Assembly: GCA_904063045.1 (NCBI GenBank) | Contig: CAJFCJ010000026.1 | Span: 350,964-414,963 of the forward strand | Direction: 5' to 3' | DNA from: Dimorphilus gyrociliatus | Lineage: Eukaryota > Animalia > Annelida | DNA: 64,000 bases | Part shown: positions 24,660 to 38,939 of the stretch, piece by piece | Numbering within the stretch: the stretch's first letter is position 1 | How the letters are laid out: each line of letters opens with the position of its first letter | Made by a program: the position numbers and the translations under genes | Notes under the pieces: generated by a model | Database searches by the model: none | Seen by the model: only the letters and a program-made list of their open reading frames with translations | Told to the model about the DNA's origin: nothing

Positions 24660-25830
24660 TTGGACAGAAACCACACTAAAATACCCGTGAAAAAAGCGCA
24701 TAAAATTTAAAAAAGTTTTATGATTTTGGACAGGACGGGAACCAGTTTAGAAAAAGATGTATAATTTAATAATTAAAGAGAGTATTCATTTTAAATTGAT
24801 ATGAAAAATCGGAAGTTAAAAGGTTTTTTAGTTCAACGAAAATGAAAATTTATCTTATAATTCCCAAAAGTAACAATCAAAACATTGCTTTTACATTGAA
24901 TAGGGGGCTGGAGCTGTACTAAAATTTATTTCAATATCTGTTGTTTTTGAAGGGGCAGGGTTGGTACAGTCTTTCCTAAACTTATGAAAAAAGACAACGA
25001 AATATTCGAGTAAAAAATGTTAAAAAAACGACGGGACAGAAACCACTTTAAAAAAAAAAATCTTAAATATTTTCCAAAAGCCTGGTCTTTTTCATGAGGA
25101 TTAAAATTTTTTGCAACAGGAAAGGAACCGCTCTAACATATTTTAAAAAATTCGACCTTCAACTTGAAAACTTAAGGCAAATGTTTTGAAAGGAAACAAT
25201 TTTATATCACAACTTTATGTGAACGGGGACCATATTACTAAAAACTATAACGTGCGCTTTATTTTATAAGCAAAAGATGTTGGTATACACTTTTAAAAGT
25301 GTTTTGAATTAGAGAACAAAACTAGAATAATTTGAAAAAAACATTTTTTTTGAGGGATTGGAACCATACTTTCTAAAGAGTTTTGATCTTTGAGGAGAAC
25401 CGCACTAGAATATCTTTACAGTGAGTGTTTGTTAGGAACGGAAACCACTATTTATAAGACGTTTTTATATTTTAGGAAAATCATACTAGAATGTCTTGAA
25501 AGGGAATTTTATAATGAACGGGAACCACACGTTTTAAAGTGGTTTCGATACTTAAGAACCACTCTATAAAGTTTTTTAAAGACGACGAGTTTTTTTAATT
25601 GGAGTGAACCATACTTTTTAAACGGTTTTTTTAATTGACAACCACATTAAAATATCTTCACAGTGAGTTTTTTAGGACGGGAGCCAGAATTCCGGAAGTG
25701 CTTTGATATTTCAGAACCACACTAACAAGAATTAAATTTGAAAGGGTACCTCATTATTTAAAGAGCAACCACACTAAAGTATATTGTATTGTACATGGTA
25801 AAAATTAATGTGTGGAACAAGAACCATATT
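24660..25830 (+). repeat. GGAACCACACTA minisatellite array
   Basis: Dense units about 50-60 bp apart. Confidence 0.75.
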
Positions 25831-28800
25831 TGAGAAAAAGCTTTCTTTTCAAGAGAAATGATTTTTAAATACCAAACCCAATGAAGAAAAACATTAAAAA
25901 ATATGTAACTATCTTTATAGTGTGATATAGTAGTTTTTTTCAAAATACATCAAAAAGTACTTTTCTCTCACTTAACCCTAACCCTAATTTAATTTCAAAT
26001 TGTTTTCCAAAGAATGCTCTTTTTTTTCTAGTATGTTTCTATTTGCAGGAAAAAATTGAATTTTGTTTAAAAAAATATCAAGCATGGAGCAAAAGTTCTG
26101 AAAAAAAATTTTTGTTTCTAACTAAAAAATACAATTGAGTTTTTTAAAAAATGGAACCATACTAAATCGGATTTGGTAAGAGGTGCTAATTTTCGACACG
26201 AATGTAGCATATTGAAGGTTTGTTTGTCAAGCAGGTACAACTTCTGAACAAGAAACATCAACTGTTGAGCAACATCATATGTCATTTTTCTTCTTTTTAT
26301 CTTTTTATCTGATATCAAAGAGGGAAAGTGTACAAGAAAATGTTTGATTCAGCTAAAGAGAATTTCTAAGATTTATAAAAATAATCTTTTTGACAAGGCA
26401 ACAACCTAACCTTGAATGAGAACAAATCATTGATATTAATAATGAAAATGGTGAAAAAAAATAAAACTAGTGCGCATACATCAAAGTTGGTAATTGACAC
26501 AGATAATGACGAATTCAAACTGATAATCAGAATAATCAGAGAGAGAATTATTGCAGAGATTGTTCTAAACATAGAAAACTAAAGGAAAAATTTAAACACT
26601 GCTTTCATTCTATATGATTTCCTGCAAAGAGTTAAGTATTATAGGGAAACAACACACATTTATAATTATTCCCTGTAATCAATCACCAACATGAGGAATT
26701 TACCATTTTCAGTTGTAAAAAAGTATTTTAAACAATTGTATTACATTTAAAATATATATGATATCAAAAAAATCATTTTTAATGGAACACGAACCACACT
26801 AAAACATTGTTAATAAAGAACGGAAACCACACTAATTTAACAAAAACTTGATTATAATAAAATAGTAATAAAAAGTAAAACAATTGGTTTTAAAATGTTA
26901 ATAGTGTGGTTCTTGTCCCTAGAGATTTTTCAAATTTTTTTTAAAGGGAGAACCATACTTTAGTTTTTATATAGTACAAAAATATTTGTACAGAAAAAGT
27001 TTCATTACAAATGAACTAAATCCTATTTTTATTCTCTTCCTATTGAAAATAATGGCAATATTGTTTATAATTTTTGTTTTTTAAAAATAATTTTTAATGT
27101 GGTTCCCGTTGCACTTGCTCTATTGAAAAATTTCTATAGTTTAACACTGACCTTGACCTATTTTTATTTTTTAAATTTGAAAACTACATACTCCATTCTC
27201 TTGTTTATCTTGTTGAAAAAAAATGTGATACAAACAATACTATATTCTGATGCTCATTTTGGAATTTAAACAGGCAACCAAAAAAAAAACACATCATGTT
27301 TATAAATACTTAAAAACTTTTCATAAATTTATAAGATGCTCATTGGGTTTTATGCTTTTATTGTTATGGCTAAAATCCGTTGACAAGTGGAACAAAGGTA
27401 ACATTATACAGACATACCAACCAACATAAATAATGATGCGGATAGGGAACCCTACACCATTACTATAGTTTATTTGAAACAAAATTTTTTGAAAAATGCA
27501 AAAAAATTAGCACACTTTAAAACAACAGACTATTCTATTTTTGTATATTTTTACTGTGTTAGTCTGGTAACCTGTTCGTAATAAGTCATGTTATAACAAA
27601 ATTGTTACAAAATGGGTTTTAAAGACATTAGCATGGTTACTATTTCCAATAATATTATTTTAAAATTGTTAGCAATATTAACTAATAATATTAACATTAT
27701 AAGGAGAATGTTTTCTAAATAATTGGCGCCACCTATTGGTGAAATATTTTTAATTTGTGATTAACATAATATTTAGCCTTAACAGGCTTGACTTTGTGTT
27801 TTTAAAATTGAAAACATCTTTAAGAGTAGTTTAGAAAAGACTGGTGCCACTTCAATAAAATATTTTTTTCCTTAGCATTCTTAATTAGGTTATCTCTTTT
27901 AATTTTTTTAGACTAATTAGCAAACAGAATAACAAAGTTTATCTTTTCAAATTTTGTCTAGTGTGGTTCCCCACTCCAAAAATAAAAACAAATAGAATTT
28001 AAGCGAAAAAGATTATGTTGTAAACTAATCTGTTACTTTTTTTTTCTACCAGTTATATCATGTATAGAAAAATTACTAATAGGGGAAAATGAAACAGGAT
28101 CCACTTTAAAATGAGGAAACTTTTCGACAAGTGGTTTAGTAAATGAAATCCATAAAAATAAAAATTTCATAGCGATGAAACAATAAATTTCAAAAATGAA
28201 TTTCACCTTTATTTATCTTTGAGATTTTAAAAACTTGATCTTCAACTCTGGATTCTAAAATACTGTTTTCCCTATAATGTATGTTTGAAAAAAATTTCAT
28301 CTTTCATTAAATTAAGCAAGTAAAAATGGGGAAAGGTTTCTCAATGTTGTTAAAAAGTGGCACAACATTTTAGGAGGGTGTGGACGCCTCGAACCAGTCT
28401 AAATAATATTAGAGAAACTCTTTTTGATTAGGATGTGTAGATTTTTAGATTTTTTGAGTCAAGTTGGAATTTTTACATTGTTTTTAAATACCTGCCAGAA
28501 ATTTTCCCTCCTCCATTTTTGCAAAAATTTGTCAATAAAAACTACTGGAAAGTAAAGAAATATTTAAATGAATTTTATCTTTAAGTTCAGTTGTGTAAAT
28601 GTCTTATCCTTCATTCTAAACAAAAAAAATAATTAAGTATGTTCTTTTAGGTGAATGTTTCACTTTTTCCATTTTAAGGACAACTCTGTCCAAGAATTTT
28701 TATTGGGACTGTCTGTATGTGAGTTTCTTTCAAATATCATTTAGATAAGTTTTTTACATAAGTGTTTTTGTTTTCTTATTATTCATTTTTTGATGATTTT

Positions 28801-28859
28801 TTTCTTATATGGCCATGAGACATTATTAATTGGACAATGGTTTGGGGATTAATATTATT

Positions 28860-29835
28860 ATTATTTTTGAATATGACAACCCTCATTTTCTATTCATTTG
28901 CTAATCCTACCCGCCATCACTGCTTATAAATTTTGTAGCAAATCAGGATTTTGACTTATAACCTGGTATGAACATTTTTTTATTTTCTCCTACAGTTCAT
29001 TCCCAAATTGAAATTGTGCTCCATCATATACTAGATTTTTTGTCAGGTGCCAAATATTTTCTATAGGGCTATGGTCAGGGCTAGAAATCAATTGGGTCTA
29101 TACCATTCTTTCTAAAGGCCCTCCTAGTAGCTCTTGCTGTGCGGCAATGTTAGGGTTAGGGTTAGGGTTAACCTAACATTTATTTTTCTCACCATCTTTG
29201 GTGTCATCAGGCCCCCACTCAGAGAGAATCTGGCCTTGTCTGAAAATCACGCTCGAGCAGCAATTGTTTTAAGGCAGTATTGTTTTCTTCTTGGGCAATC
29301 ATTATTTGTAAGATCAACTCTTTGTCTTATCCTTTTTACTTATAATTTTGTTTTGTCAGCTCTCTCTGAATGGTTATGAGGCTCACATCTACCTCTAATT
29401 CTGTTAAGACCTTTCTTGCTGTCACCCTTTCGTTATTTTGAGGAATGTTTCTTTACAATTCTTTTCATCCTTACTATGTCTCTTTCTGTGAGTGTCTTTG
29501 TACGACGAAGATCACTTAATGTAGATGGTGCCATTCCCAAAGCCATAGCTGTTTTCCTAAATTCCTTATATTTCCTAACTACCGGACTAACCTCTTTATC
29601 CCAATCCATAATTCAGTAAATAGACTGAAAGTTAACTACTGTAATTAAAATAGACTTAACTTTGAAAATTAGTTTTGTTGAACAAAATTTCTGTATTATG
29701 TCAATTTGAATGCAAAACCGGAAATGAAATGGATGTACGGGTAATAATGTCTCATGGTCAAATTTAGAAAAAATTAATTAAAATTGGCCATTCAAAATTT
29801 ACACTGTCCGGGTTCTTTAGTCCACCACTATATAT
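28860..29835 (-). pseudogene. Tc1 transposase pseudogene, central DDE region deleted, 5' TIR near 29830
   Basis: N-terminal HTH (TARKVLTELEVDVSLITIQREL), FSDKARFSL, then (C)RTARAT and SPDHSPIENIWH. Confidence 0.85.
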
Positions 29836-29859
29836 CAAAAAATTTCTTGAGTCCAATGG

Positions 29860-30400
29860 AAAAGATAACCTTTGATTTCAGATTCTGGAAAATATTTTGT
29901 CACACTTTTCCAGATTGCCTTTTCATAATCTAAGCATATTTTTTTGGTTCAATAACCACCAATTAATTCCTATACTGACTGAATAAACAAGATGTCACTA
30001 ATAAGTTTTAAGATGTAAAAATATTTATCACTTACCCTGAAAAAAGCTGAGTATGCTTTTGTTTTCTTGGAAGAAAGTAGAGCAACTAGCAATGTAACTT
30101 TTTTTTGTTCATCATTCTTTTTTGGAAAGCTTTGAATTTATAATAATTGCTTAATTGGAGGGCTAACAAAGTTAAAGTTTCCATCTGTATATCATATTTT
30201 AGTCAATGCTACTAATTACATTTGTTCAGTAGTTACAAATATTTAAATGTGTTCATTGTTTCCTGTAAGAAAACCATCTGGTAAGAAAGTGTGATGTAAA
30301 GGAAAAATGTTTTTGATTTTTCTGGTTAATTTTTTCATTTGTAATAATTTACCACTTGTGTTAGAGCTACTCATATTGGGAATTAGAAGTGTTTTGTCTG
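29860..30400 (-). pseudogene. Decayed MULE transposase fragment
   Basis: TFLPDGFL...IFVT...YTDGNF with multiple stops. Confidence 0.55.
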
Positions 30401-31539
30401 TGTTACACTTCCATTTTAACATCTTTATCAAAAATTTCCCTTTTGTGGTTTTTGTGTATTTTTATTGATTGCATTATCTTTTAGAAAATTTTGGAAAGTA
30501 TTTTCATCACATTTTTCATAAAACAATATGTAATGAATAGTTGTTGATTGTCAAGCAAATTTGACAAAAGCATCTATATATTCAGGAAAAAAGGTGTGAA
30601 ATTGAAAAAGTATCAAAATCTAACTAATCATTTAAACAAATTCTTTGAGTTGTATACTTACATAGAGAGCCTACACTTTTTTTCTTACAAGCATAATATA
30701 GATGTGCCATATTGAAATTATCTTTTGGAAAAAAACTGGTAGACACATGATGAAATCGATTTCAAATGCAGTAAATTTTGCAAGCTTGAAATCTTTTTTA
30801 ATCAAACTTGCAGCTTTTCTTAACCTTAATCCTATTTATGATAATACTGCACAAACATACATTTTAAAATGTGTTTTTTGGAAAGGGACAAGAACCAGTC
30901 TAAATTACTTCCTGAATGTTTCCCCTCTGTTTAATTTCATCTTCTAACCCCTCTCACCATTTATAAAATTTTGTTGACTGAATTTTTTAAATATTATATG
31001 ATGTTAGAACACACTTTAAAGAGTGTTTTATATGGGAGAGGAACCACACTAGAATGCCTTATAAAATTTATTAAAAATATTAGACAATAAATCTTTGGAA
31101 ATGTTTATTAATGTTTTTTTTTCAAATGATCAGAATCAATTTTTTAAAGATAAAGAAGCATTATTTTAAATCCTAAATAAAACAAAAAAAGTTGACATAT
31201 AAATGATTGAAATGAATTTTAATTATTGCAGTAACTTCCTTTAAAACACATTGATTCCCTTTATAAATGTTTTACTACAAAGGGAAATACTAGCACACAT
31301 TGTAAGATGTGTTTTTTAAAGGGGGGCAAGAACCACACTGGAATACTTTTTACAAGGAAAATCTGAATAGATGCAAATTATGTTGACATTTTATATCATG
31401 TAAAATGGTGAAATGGTAAGTAAACTCAATCTTTCCAAGATTTAATGTTATATATCACTTATAAATATCCAGATTATTGTTCTGATTGTTATGAAGATAG
31501 ACAAGAACATGGCAAAGAGAGTTGACATTTGAGATGGAG

Positions 31540-31720
31540 AAGCAATGTAACATTCTGAAAACAGAGATGATTTTAAAATTACTATTGTTGTTGATGGAAG
31601 CAGAAAAGATAAAGATTGACTCCTTCCTACACAAAAATTATTCATTTTCTTTTAAAAAAAAACTGAATTTTCTATCACATAGAGATGTACCCAAAAACTG
31701 GATTTTGATGGATAGATTTG
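31540..31720 (+). pseudogene. FLYWCH-like MULE fragment
   Basis: FKITIVVDGSRKDKD..LFIF..KKT..SIT*RC pattern. Confidence 0.4.
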
Positions 31721-33449
31721 TTGATTTGAATATTTTTTTGAAACTTGTTATTTCTTTATGTCATAATTTTTTATGATCCTTCCTGAGCATCCTCACTATC
31801 TTCAAACAAAGTGGTCATCTTCAGTTAACAAAAATAAGAGAATTTTCCAGAAGAGTAATTTTTAACCCTAACCCTAACCTTACTCAACAATAATTTTATT
31901 AGATGAGTGATAATTAAAGTCACCTCAAAAATTCGACAAGATGTCTTAATAATGACATAAGTGTGGTGGAAGAGGTAACCCGTCTAACAAAAAAAACTGT
32001 TAATCAACAAAGAGTGTTTTTACATAGGTGGCGACATAGTATTGTACATGGAGGGCGCTGCCTATATATTGTGGGTATACAAGACAAATTTTTCCATTAA
32101 GCTTTGTGAGGAAGATCAGCTAAGACTGAAATATCTTAACCGGAAAAAACGTTTATTCTAAAAGAAATCTTTAATAGCTTTATAAACGATTTCGTAATGT
32201 ACGGTTTTTTTGTGAGGGAACAGGATCCACACTATATATTTATATCAGAAAAAAGGGGACAAATTGATATGGTGAACAGTAACCATATTATGGTATTATT
32301 CAAATAATTAACTAGGCCTAGTTACTAGAATATGACAAAAAACAGTTATTATATATAATGGAATAAAAATTGTCACACAAAGTTGTAAAATGTATTTGAA
32401 TAATTTATTCATAAATCATTTTATCATTTTGACAGAAATTAGATTTAGATGATACTAGCAATGGCGACAATAATAGGTTTTTAGTAGATTTCGTGGAATA
32501 CAGCTCTTTAGCTAAGTATTTACAGACAAACTTTCACTTAATGTAGTGTTTATCTTAATGAAGTTTCATAAATAATTCGGAAAGGTTTTATAATCTATAG
32601 TTTAATCTTGTTCTATATTTTTATACCAGTTTACATTGACAAAAATAAAAAATTGAGAACCAGTCTATTTGAAAAATATATATACAAATGGGTTTTCTTT
32701 CCTACACTGTAAATGTAAGGGAGAGCTGGAAACCAGTCTACTTAAAATAAATATATTACCCCTAACCCAACCTAATGTTTTCTTCACATTTTGCGAAGAG
32801 ACATAACAATCTGGACAATGGAATAAAATCAGGTTGAAAGACAAAACTATTACAGTGGCGATATTAAGTCTCTGGCAGTGTTATTCTTAGAATAAAAAAA
32901 AATTTCAATTTTTAATTTAATAATCTATTGGATATCCTTTTCTTTGGATCATAAGGCAACTTTTTTAAGTTTTAAGGATTTGTAGAGACATTTTTTATAT
33001 AATCCAGAAAAATAACCCAAAGGATTTCAAAAATATACAGGTCTGCATTTTGGATAGGCCAATATTTATATATTTACTTAGAAACAATGTTTTATCTCGG
33101 ATTAGAGATGAAATAGCTAATTCATCCAAAAAATATTGGTCTTAAGCTCATCATCAGTTTAACATTTTTGTTTTTTTTACTTTTTGGTTGGGATAGAAAC
33201 CACACTAAAATAAATTGTAATTGTTCAGTTTAGTCAAAAATACTAACATACATTTTGAAATATTTTTTCGGAAAAGGACAAGAACCACACTAGAATATTT
33301 TTGATAAAAATCCTCTTCTCAATTTTTGTTGTTGTTAAAACAATACAATTTACATTTTCAATATGTTGTCCTTGGTGGGGGAGAGGAACCACACTAACAT
33401 ACAAGTAAAATGTGTTTTATTTAGGAAAGGAACAGCTCTAGAGCACAAT

Positions 33450-33850
33450 TTTAAGGTTCAGACAGAAAACATCCTCAAAGTGACAATGATATTAAATCAT
33501 CAGGGAAAAGAATAGCTGAGGAAATTCTTTTGAAACATTCTCCTGGAAAATGTAGTTTGCACAATTGCAAAGAAGTAGCAAACTACAACAGGAAAAAAAA
33601 ATAGACCAGCTGAACCCAATGATTTAAATTTTCAACTTGATTTAACTTTTTTGCCATTTGAATTTTTGAAGAAAGATATTTATTCAAACAATGAAAGTAT
33701 ATTAGTTTTAGCAAGTGATCATCAGTTAAAACTCTTGTCTACTGCAAAGATATGGTACATGGATGGCACTTTCAAAAGTAGCTTTTGGCCTCCAGAGATT
33801 TGGTCTGTCTTCAACCAAACTATAAGAACAAATAATGATTTAGAGGGTTA
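33450..33850 (+). pseudogene. Internally deleted MULE transposase fragments
   Basis: FLKKDIYSNNESILVLASDHQLKLL..WYMDGTFK fused to FWPPEIWSVFNQTIRTNNDLEG. Confidence 0.8.
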
Positions 33851-34019
33851 GGATCTTTTTTTAAGGGGACGGGTACCCTTTTAGAATACATTTCATGAAA
33901 TCTCATGTTTTGAAGGCACCAAATGATATATTAGCTGGCCAATACTTTTCCCATAAAATTATTTACATAATTTTTTTTCTTCATTTTTTAATAATTTCAA
34001 AAAAAATACATAATTCTCC

Positions 34020-34430
34020 ATAATCCTCATGAATATTCATAATATAGAATCATTGAGAAAATGTTCATTAAATAGAGAAACTATACAAAAATAATGGAAA
34101 AATTTGGATTTTTAATAGTAAATATGCATAATGGGAGTTAGGAATTATGGAAACATTTTGAAATTTTAGATGGGAATCAATTTCTTGGATCCTCTTTATA
34201 TTTCAGGGAAAGTGAACATTGTCAAAGTGTTATATATTCTTTCAGAATATTTTGCAGTTTGAATATCATTTCATCCTTATTAATATTCATAATCTTAGTG
34301 ATATCTCAACAATATCTTTAAACTAGTTGTTCATGTTAAAAAAAAAAGAGAGAAAAGTATTTTAAGCCATTCTAATCAAAATTTAACTTCCCAGCCTGTT
34401 CTCATTAATATTCATAATTATAACAAAAAG
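34020..34430. repeat. ATGAATATTCAT minisatellite (also ~36600-36750, 38240-38640, 39840-39900)
   Basis: Repeated aatattcataa units. Confidence 0.6.
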
Positions 34431-34477
34431 TTGTTCACATTAAAATAAGGAAAATGAGAGAAAGCTTAAAAAGTTAC

Positions 34478-36535
34478 GAATTATGGAGAAAACGTCCACT
34501 ATGTTAAGAATATATTAAAAAATACTTTTTCAAATTTAAATTTTTATTATTGATTTTGAGATATATCCAATACATTCCCATAATGCAATCACTTTTGGTA
34601 GCCATTTTGAAATCCAGACAGGAAACAGTTCTGGGATCTTCTATGTTTTTCATGGAAAGTGAATATTGTGCATATTTCATCTACAATTTTTCAGAATTTT
34701 TTGCAGTTTGAAATATATTTCACTATTGAAAACCATCAGACAAAACACAAACTTTAGAATTGATATCAGTAAGTTATAGAATATTGTGTTGAAATGATTT
34801 ATTTATAAATTAGCTTTATTTTTATAGCAGCCATTTTGTTTATCATTATTGTTAATTGTTTAATTTTTAAATTTACACAGTTGGTTATTGATAGAGATTC
34901 CAAATTGAACATGGCACCAATTTGTTACATTTGTGAAGAGAGAATATATGGAAGACAAAATCAAGAGAAATGTCAGCTTTGCTGTCATTTATTTAAAATA
35001 CATAAAAAATGTTTGGATTATAAAGGTTTGTTTAAGTTTTTTGTCACTATCCTTCCTTACAAATATGTTTTTATATTTTTTCACAGATCAATCATTTTAT
35101 TGTAACATTTGCTGTGACATATCAATGAAGAAATGCATTGTTGCACTTCAAAGGCTACCTTCTAGTGCATCTGCTAATGAAGAAATAAGACAAACACCAA
35201 ATTTTGATACAGCAAATAATAGAAATGAGCAAACTATTGTTTGTGAAAATCATTGTGGAAATTCAAGTGGAAATGATACAAATGGCAGTATTATGGAATC
35301 ACACAATGTTTTAGTTGAAGATCTTCCAGCTCAGTATTCAGTTCAACTTGGCTAAAACTTTTATTCCTGATGATTTTTTACAAATGGATATACAAATGGA
35401 GAATGATAGAATACTAATATTTTCAACTACAAAGCAAATTGAATTATTATCTAAAGGCAAAATATGGTTTATGGATGGCACATTTAAATGTGTGAAAGAC
35501 CCTTTTTATCAACTTTTTTCTATTCATGGATTTATAAAAAAAAATGGAGAAATAAAACAAATTCCAATGGCTTTTGCTTTTAAATTGAATAATCTAATTT
35601 GTTAAATTAACAGGCAATACAAGATTTAACAAATGGGCATAGCCCCAAAAAAGTTGTTGTAGACTTTGAAAAAGCTATTTGGAAAGCACTATCATTCACT
35701 TATCCTGAAGCAAACATTAAAGGGTGTGTTTTTCACTGGACACAGAAAGATTCAAGTAATACTTTAATTTAGTATTTGAGGTCTAGATAGAACTGACATA
35801 TTTATTTCCAGGAATTAGGATTATGTAAGATGTACAAGGAGAAAAAAGCTGAATATAGAATCATGAAGAAATTAATGGCATTACCATTCCTGCCCTCTGA
35901 TCTGATAGAACCAACATTTAAGACTATTAAAGAAATAAGTCCTATTGAAATGAAGTCTCCATTGGAGTACATTGAGACACAATGGATAAATGGATTTTAT
36001 AAACCAGAGGTATGGTCTGTTTATGGTGAGGCTATAAGGACAAATAATGATCTTGAAGGATGGCATCACAGGCTTAACAAGAATCTTTGCTCTAACACTG
36101 CATTCTATTTGCTTTTAGATGAACTGAAAAGAGAAGCTGATCTGATAAAGCTATATAAAAAATTACTGAGTGAAAAGAAAATTTGTAGACAGCAAAGAAA
36201 AGCATATGAGAATATTCAGAGGAAAATATTCAGCTTATGGGAACAATTTGAAATTGCCTCAATTACCTCCCTGGACTTACTTGATAAAGCTTCTGACATT
36301 TATTCACCAGTTTAAAATACCTTTATTCTTTAATGTTGTTACACTGTTGTCAATCATTCTTGTTATATTGCTTCTTTTTACTTAATCAATATATTAATAT
36401 TTAAATATTTGTAATTCTTATTATTCATTTTTTCCTGTCAAATTGCTCTAAAAACTCCATCTATCAAATATCTTATATCTTACTTTGAAGTTTTATAATG
36501 GACGTTTTCTCCAGTGGACGTTTTCTCCTGTACCC
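34478..36535 (+). mobile_element. MULE with PHD-like N-terminus, FLYWCH deleted, perfect 9-bp TSD
   Basis: Termini gaattatggagaaaacgtccac / gtggacgttttctcctgtaccc; TSD aaaagttac at 34469-34477 and 36536-36544; MAPICYICEE..CQLC..HKKC..CNIC, WFMDGTFK, VDFE, CVFHW, RTNNDLEGWH. Confidence 0.93.
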
Positions 36536-37659
36536 AAAAGTTACCTTTAGACCATAATATTGAATAAAAAAAATTCTAGCTGATTCTCATGAAAATTTCT
36601 AAACCTTAACTTTTTTACATGACTATTTATAATCTTAGATGCATATCATGAATATTCATAAACCTAGGTTTTTTCTCATGAATATTGATAATCCTAGCTG
36701 ATTCTCATGAATATTCATAAACATATACTTTTTCCTAATCTATTCACATGAATATTTATATGAACAACATGCTTCATCAAAAAAATTCAGTAAAGTTATG
36801 TTAACTCTAACCATAACACTAACATATATGAACAGTTTTTTTAACATATCCAGAAGTGAAAAAAGCCATACAAGAATACACTTTATGAAACAGATGGTTA
36901 TTACCGCACAGAGAGTGTATGGGAGAGCTGGATACCAGTCCACTTAAAAAATTCTTACACACCTTTCAAATATTTTAACAATAATCAACTTAGAACCAGT
37001 TTAATTGTACAACATATGCAAAAATGTAATATGAATACCCTCAATTCATTTTTGGAAGATAGGATCCACACTTTTTAAATATTTAGTGTCATGAACCGCA
37101 CTAAATTCTTTATAAACATTTTTTTTTCAGGGAATAGGAACCTCACTAAAACACTTTAAACTATTTTGTGTTTTTCAAGGGTTATGAACCACACAAATTT
37201 TTTAAATAAATATTTCATCTTTCTATGGAACAGGAACCAGGCTGGAAATTTAAAAAAATATTTTGTTGCTAAGCAAAAATAACGGCGCAAAATTTTTGTA
37301 GTTTTAGGGTGAGGAATAGGAACCATATTAAGATACCTCTTAAATATGTTTTTTTCCTGAAGATAGAATCCATACTAAAGCACGTTGTAAACGATTTTTC
37401 CTTTTTAAATTAAATTTTATAAAAACAATTGATTTTGTTTTCAATAGAAATAACATTACAAAATAATTTTTACCCGTTTTGTTTAGAATGTAGCTGGTTC
37501 AAGTTGGTGGGAATTATGGAATAAGAACCACTTTAGGACAGAAGTCTAAAGTGACTTTTTCAGGCTCATTTTCTTAATAGTCTGCAGAAAATTATTTAAA
37601 AGTTAACAAACTAAAAATATAATTAGTTGTTAACATTTACTTTAAATGCCAATTTTTAA

Positions 37660-38200
37660 GCTCTCTTGTATTTTGATGTCATGAAAATGAAGGCCAGGGG
37701 CACATGTTTCATGTTGCCATTCTTTTTCACATAGGATTGGATTGTCAATAATTGGTAAAATGGTTCTTTTACTATTTTAAATGTTCCATCAACAAACCAA
37801 TGCCCTCATTTTCTCAACAATTTAGGGTTTGGGTTAGGGTTAGGGTTAGGTTTTTTGTTTCAAATATAAGAATCCTTTCATTGTTTTCACAGATGTCTTT
37901 CTTCAGAAAGTTGTCTGGGTTGAAATCCATATTTTATTAAAATTCATAATCTTTTGGTTCCATTGGCCTTTTCTTTTGCTCGGTTGAATTGGCCATCCTT
38001 TTCAAATATTGCATGTTTGGTAGAAAATCACTATTAGTTAGAGTGAAGGAAAATCATCCATCCTTCCAGTCACATTACTCTCTTCTAGATCTTGATCTTG
38101 ATTTTGACTTCTTTCATTATAGTAACTTTCTTCTATATCTTGATGTTCATTTCCATCATTAATGTCACTCTCATCCATATTTATGTATGTTAATTAATTT
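37660..38200 (-). pseudogene. MULE transposase fragment carrying a telomeric insertion
   Basis: NFLKKDICENNERILIF...HWFVDGTFKIVKEPFYQL. Confidence 0.8.
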
Positions 38201-38939
38201 AAAGTGGGTTTGGTTCCACCTGCTCCCATATTAGCTTCTTATCATTAATATTCATTATTTTAATTAGTTAGTAATAGTATCTCTAAACAAGTCAATAGCT
38301 TAGAGTAAGAAAATTTTTAAATTCTTAACAGATTTAATTTTCTGAACCAGTTTAATGAATATTCATAATTCTGATTGATTCTCATCAATATTCATAACCT
38401 TAGAAGATTATCATTTTAAATTTGTTGTCTGATTGCAATCAATACTCAAAACAAGTTTGGCACATTAAAATTAGATTATATTCATTGGTAGTCATAATAT
38501 TTGGAAATTTTCATCAACATCTCCAAAAAATTCTGTCTTACTTTATAATTGGAAACTTAAATCATTCCAAACAAGGTTAATTATTAAAAAATTTTCATGA
38601 ATATTCATATTGTTAGGTTGTTCTCATGAATATTCATTAGGGTTAGTATAACCTAAATTTTTCAACTTTAACCCTGATGATGTTTATTTTTTTAGAAAGA
38701 TTATTAAGTAAACTTAATAGCATGAATCATAAATTGTTTTTTTTTTGGAATGATGGGTTACCAGTCTAAAAATAATTTAAGGAACAACAAGAAAAGAATT
38801 TTAGCAATATTTTAATATTATAAGTGTATAAGATGAATTTTTTCGGGAGAACAGGAACCACATTAATGTAATTTTGCAATGTTGTTTTTAAAAGCTAAAA
38901 AATGTAGGACTACTTCTGATTCTGGATAGATCTTCTTCC

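Noticed and set aside
27180-27420. Possible Ulp1-like protease remnant (DAHWVL)
   Set aside because: Single short motif amid stops; insufficient support.
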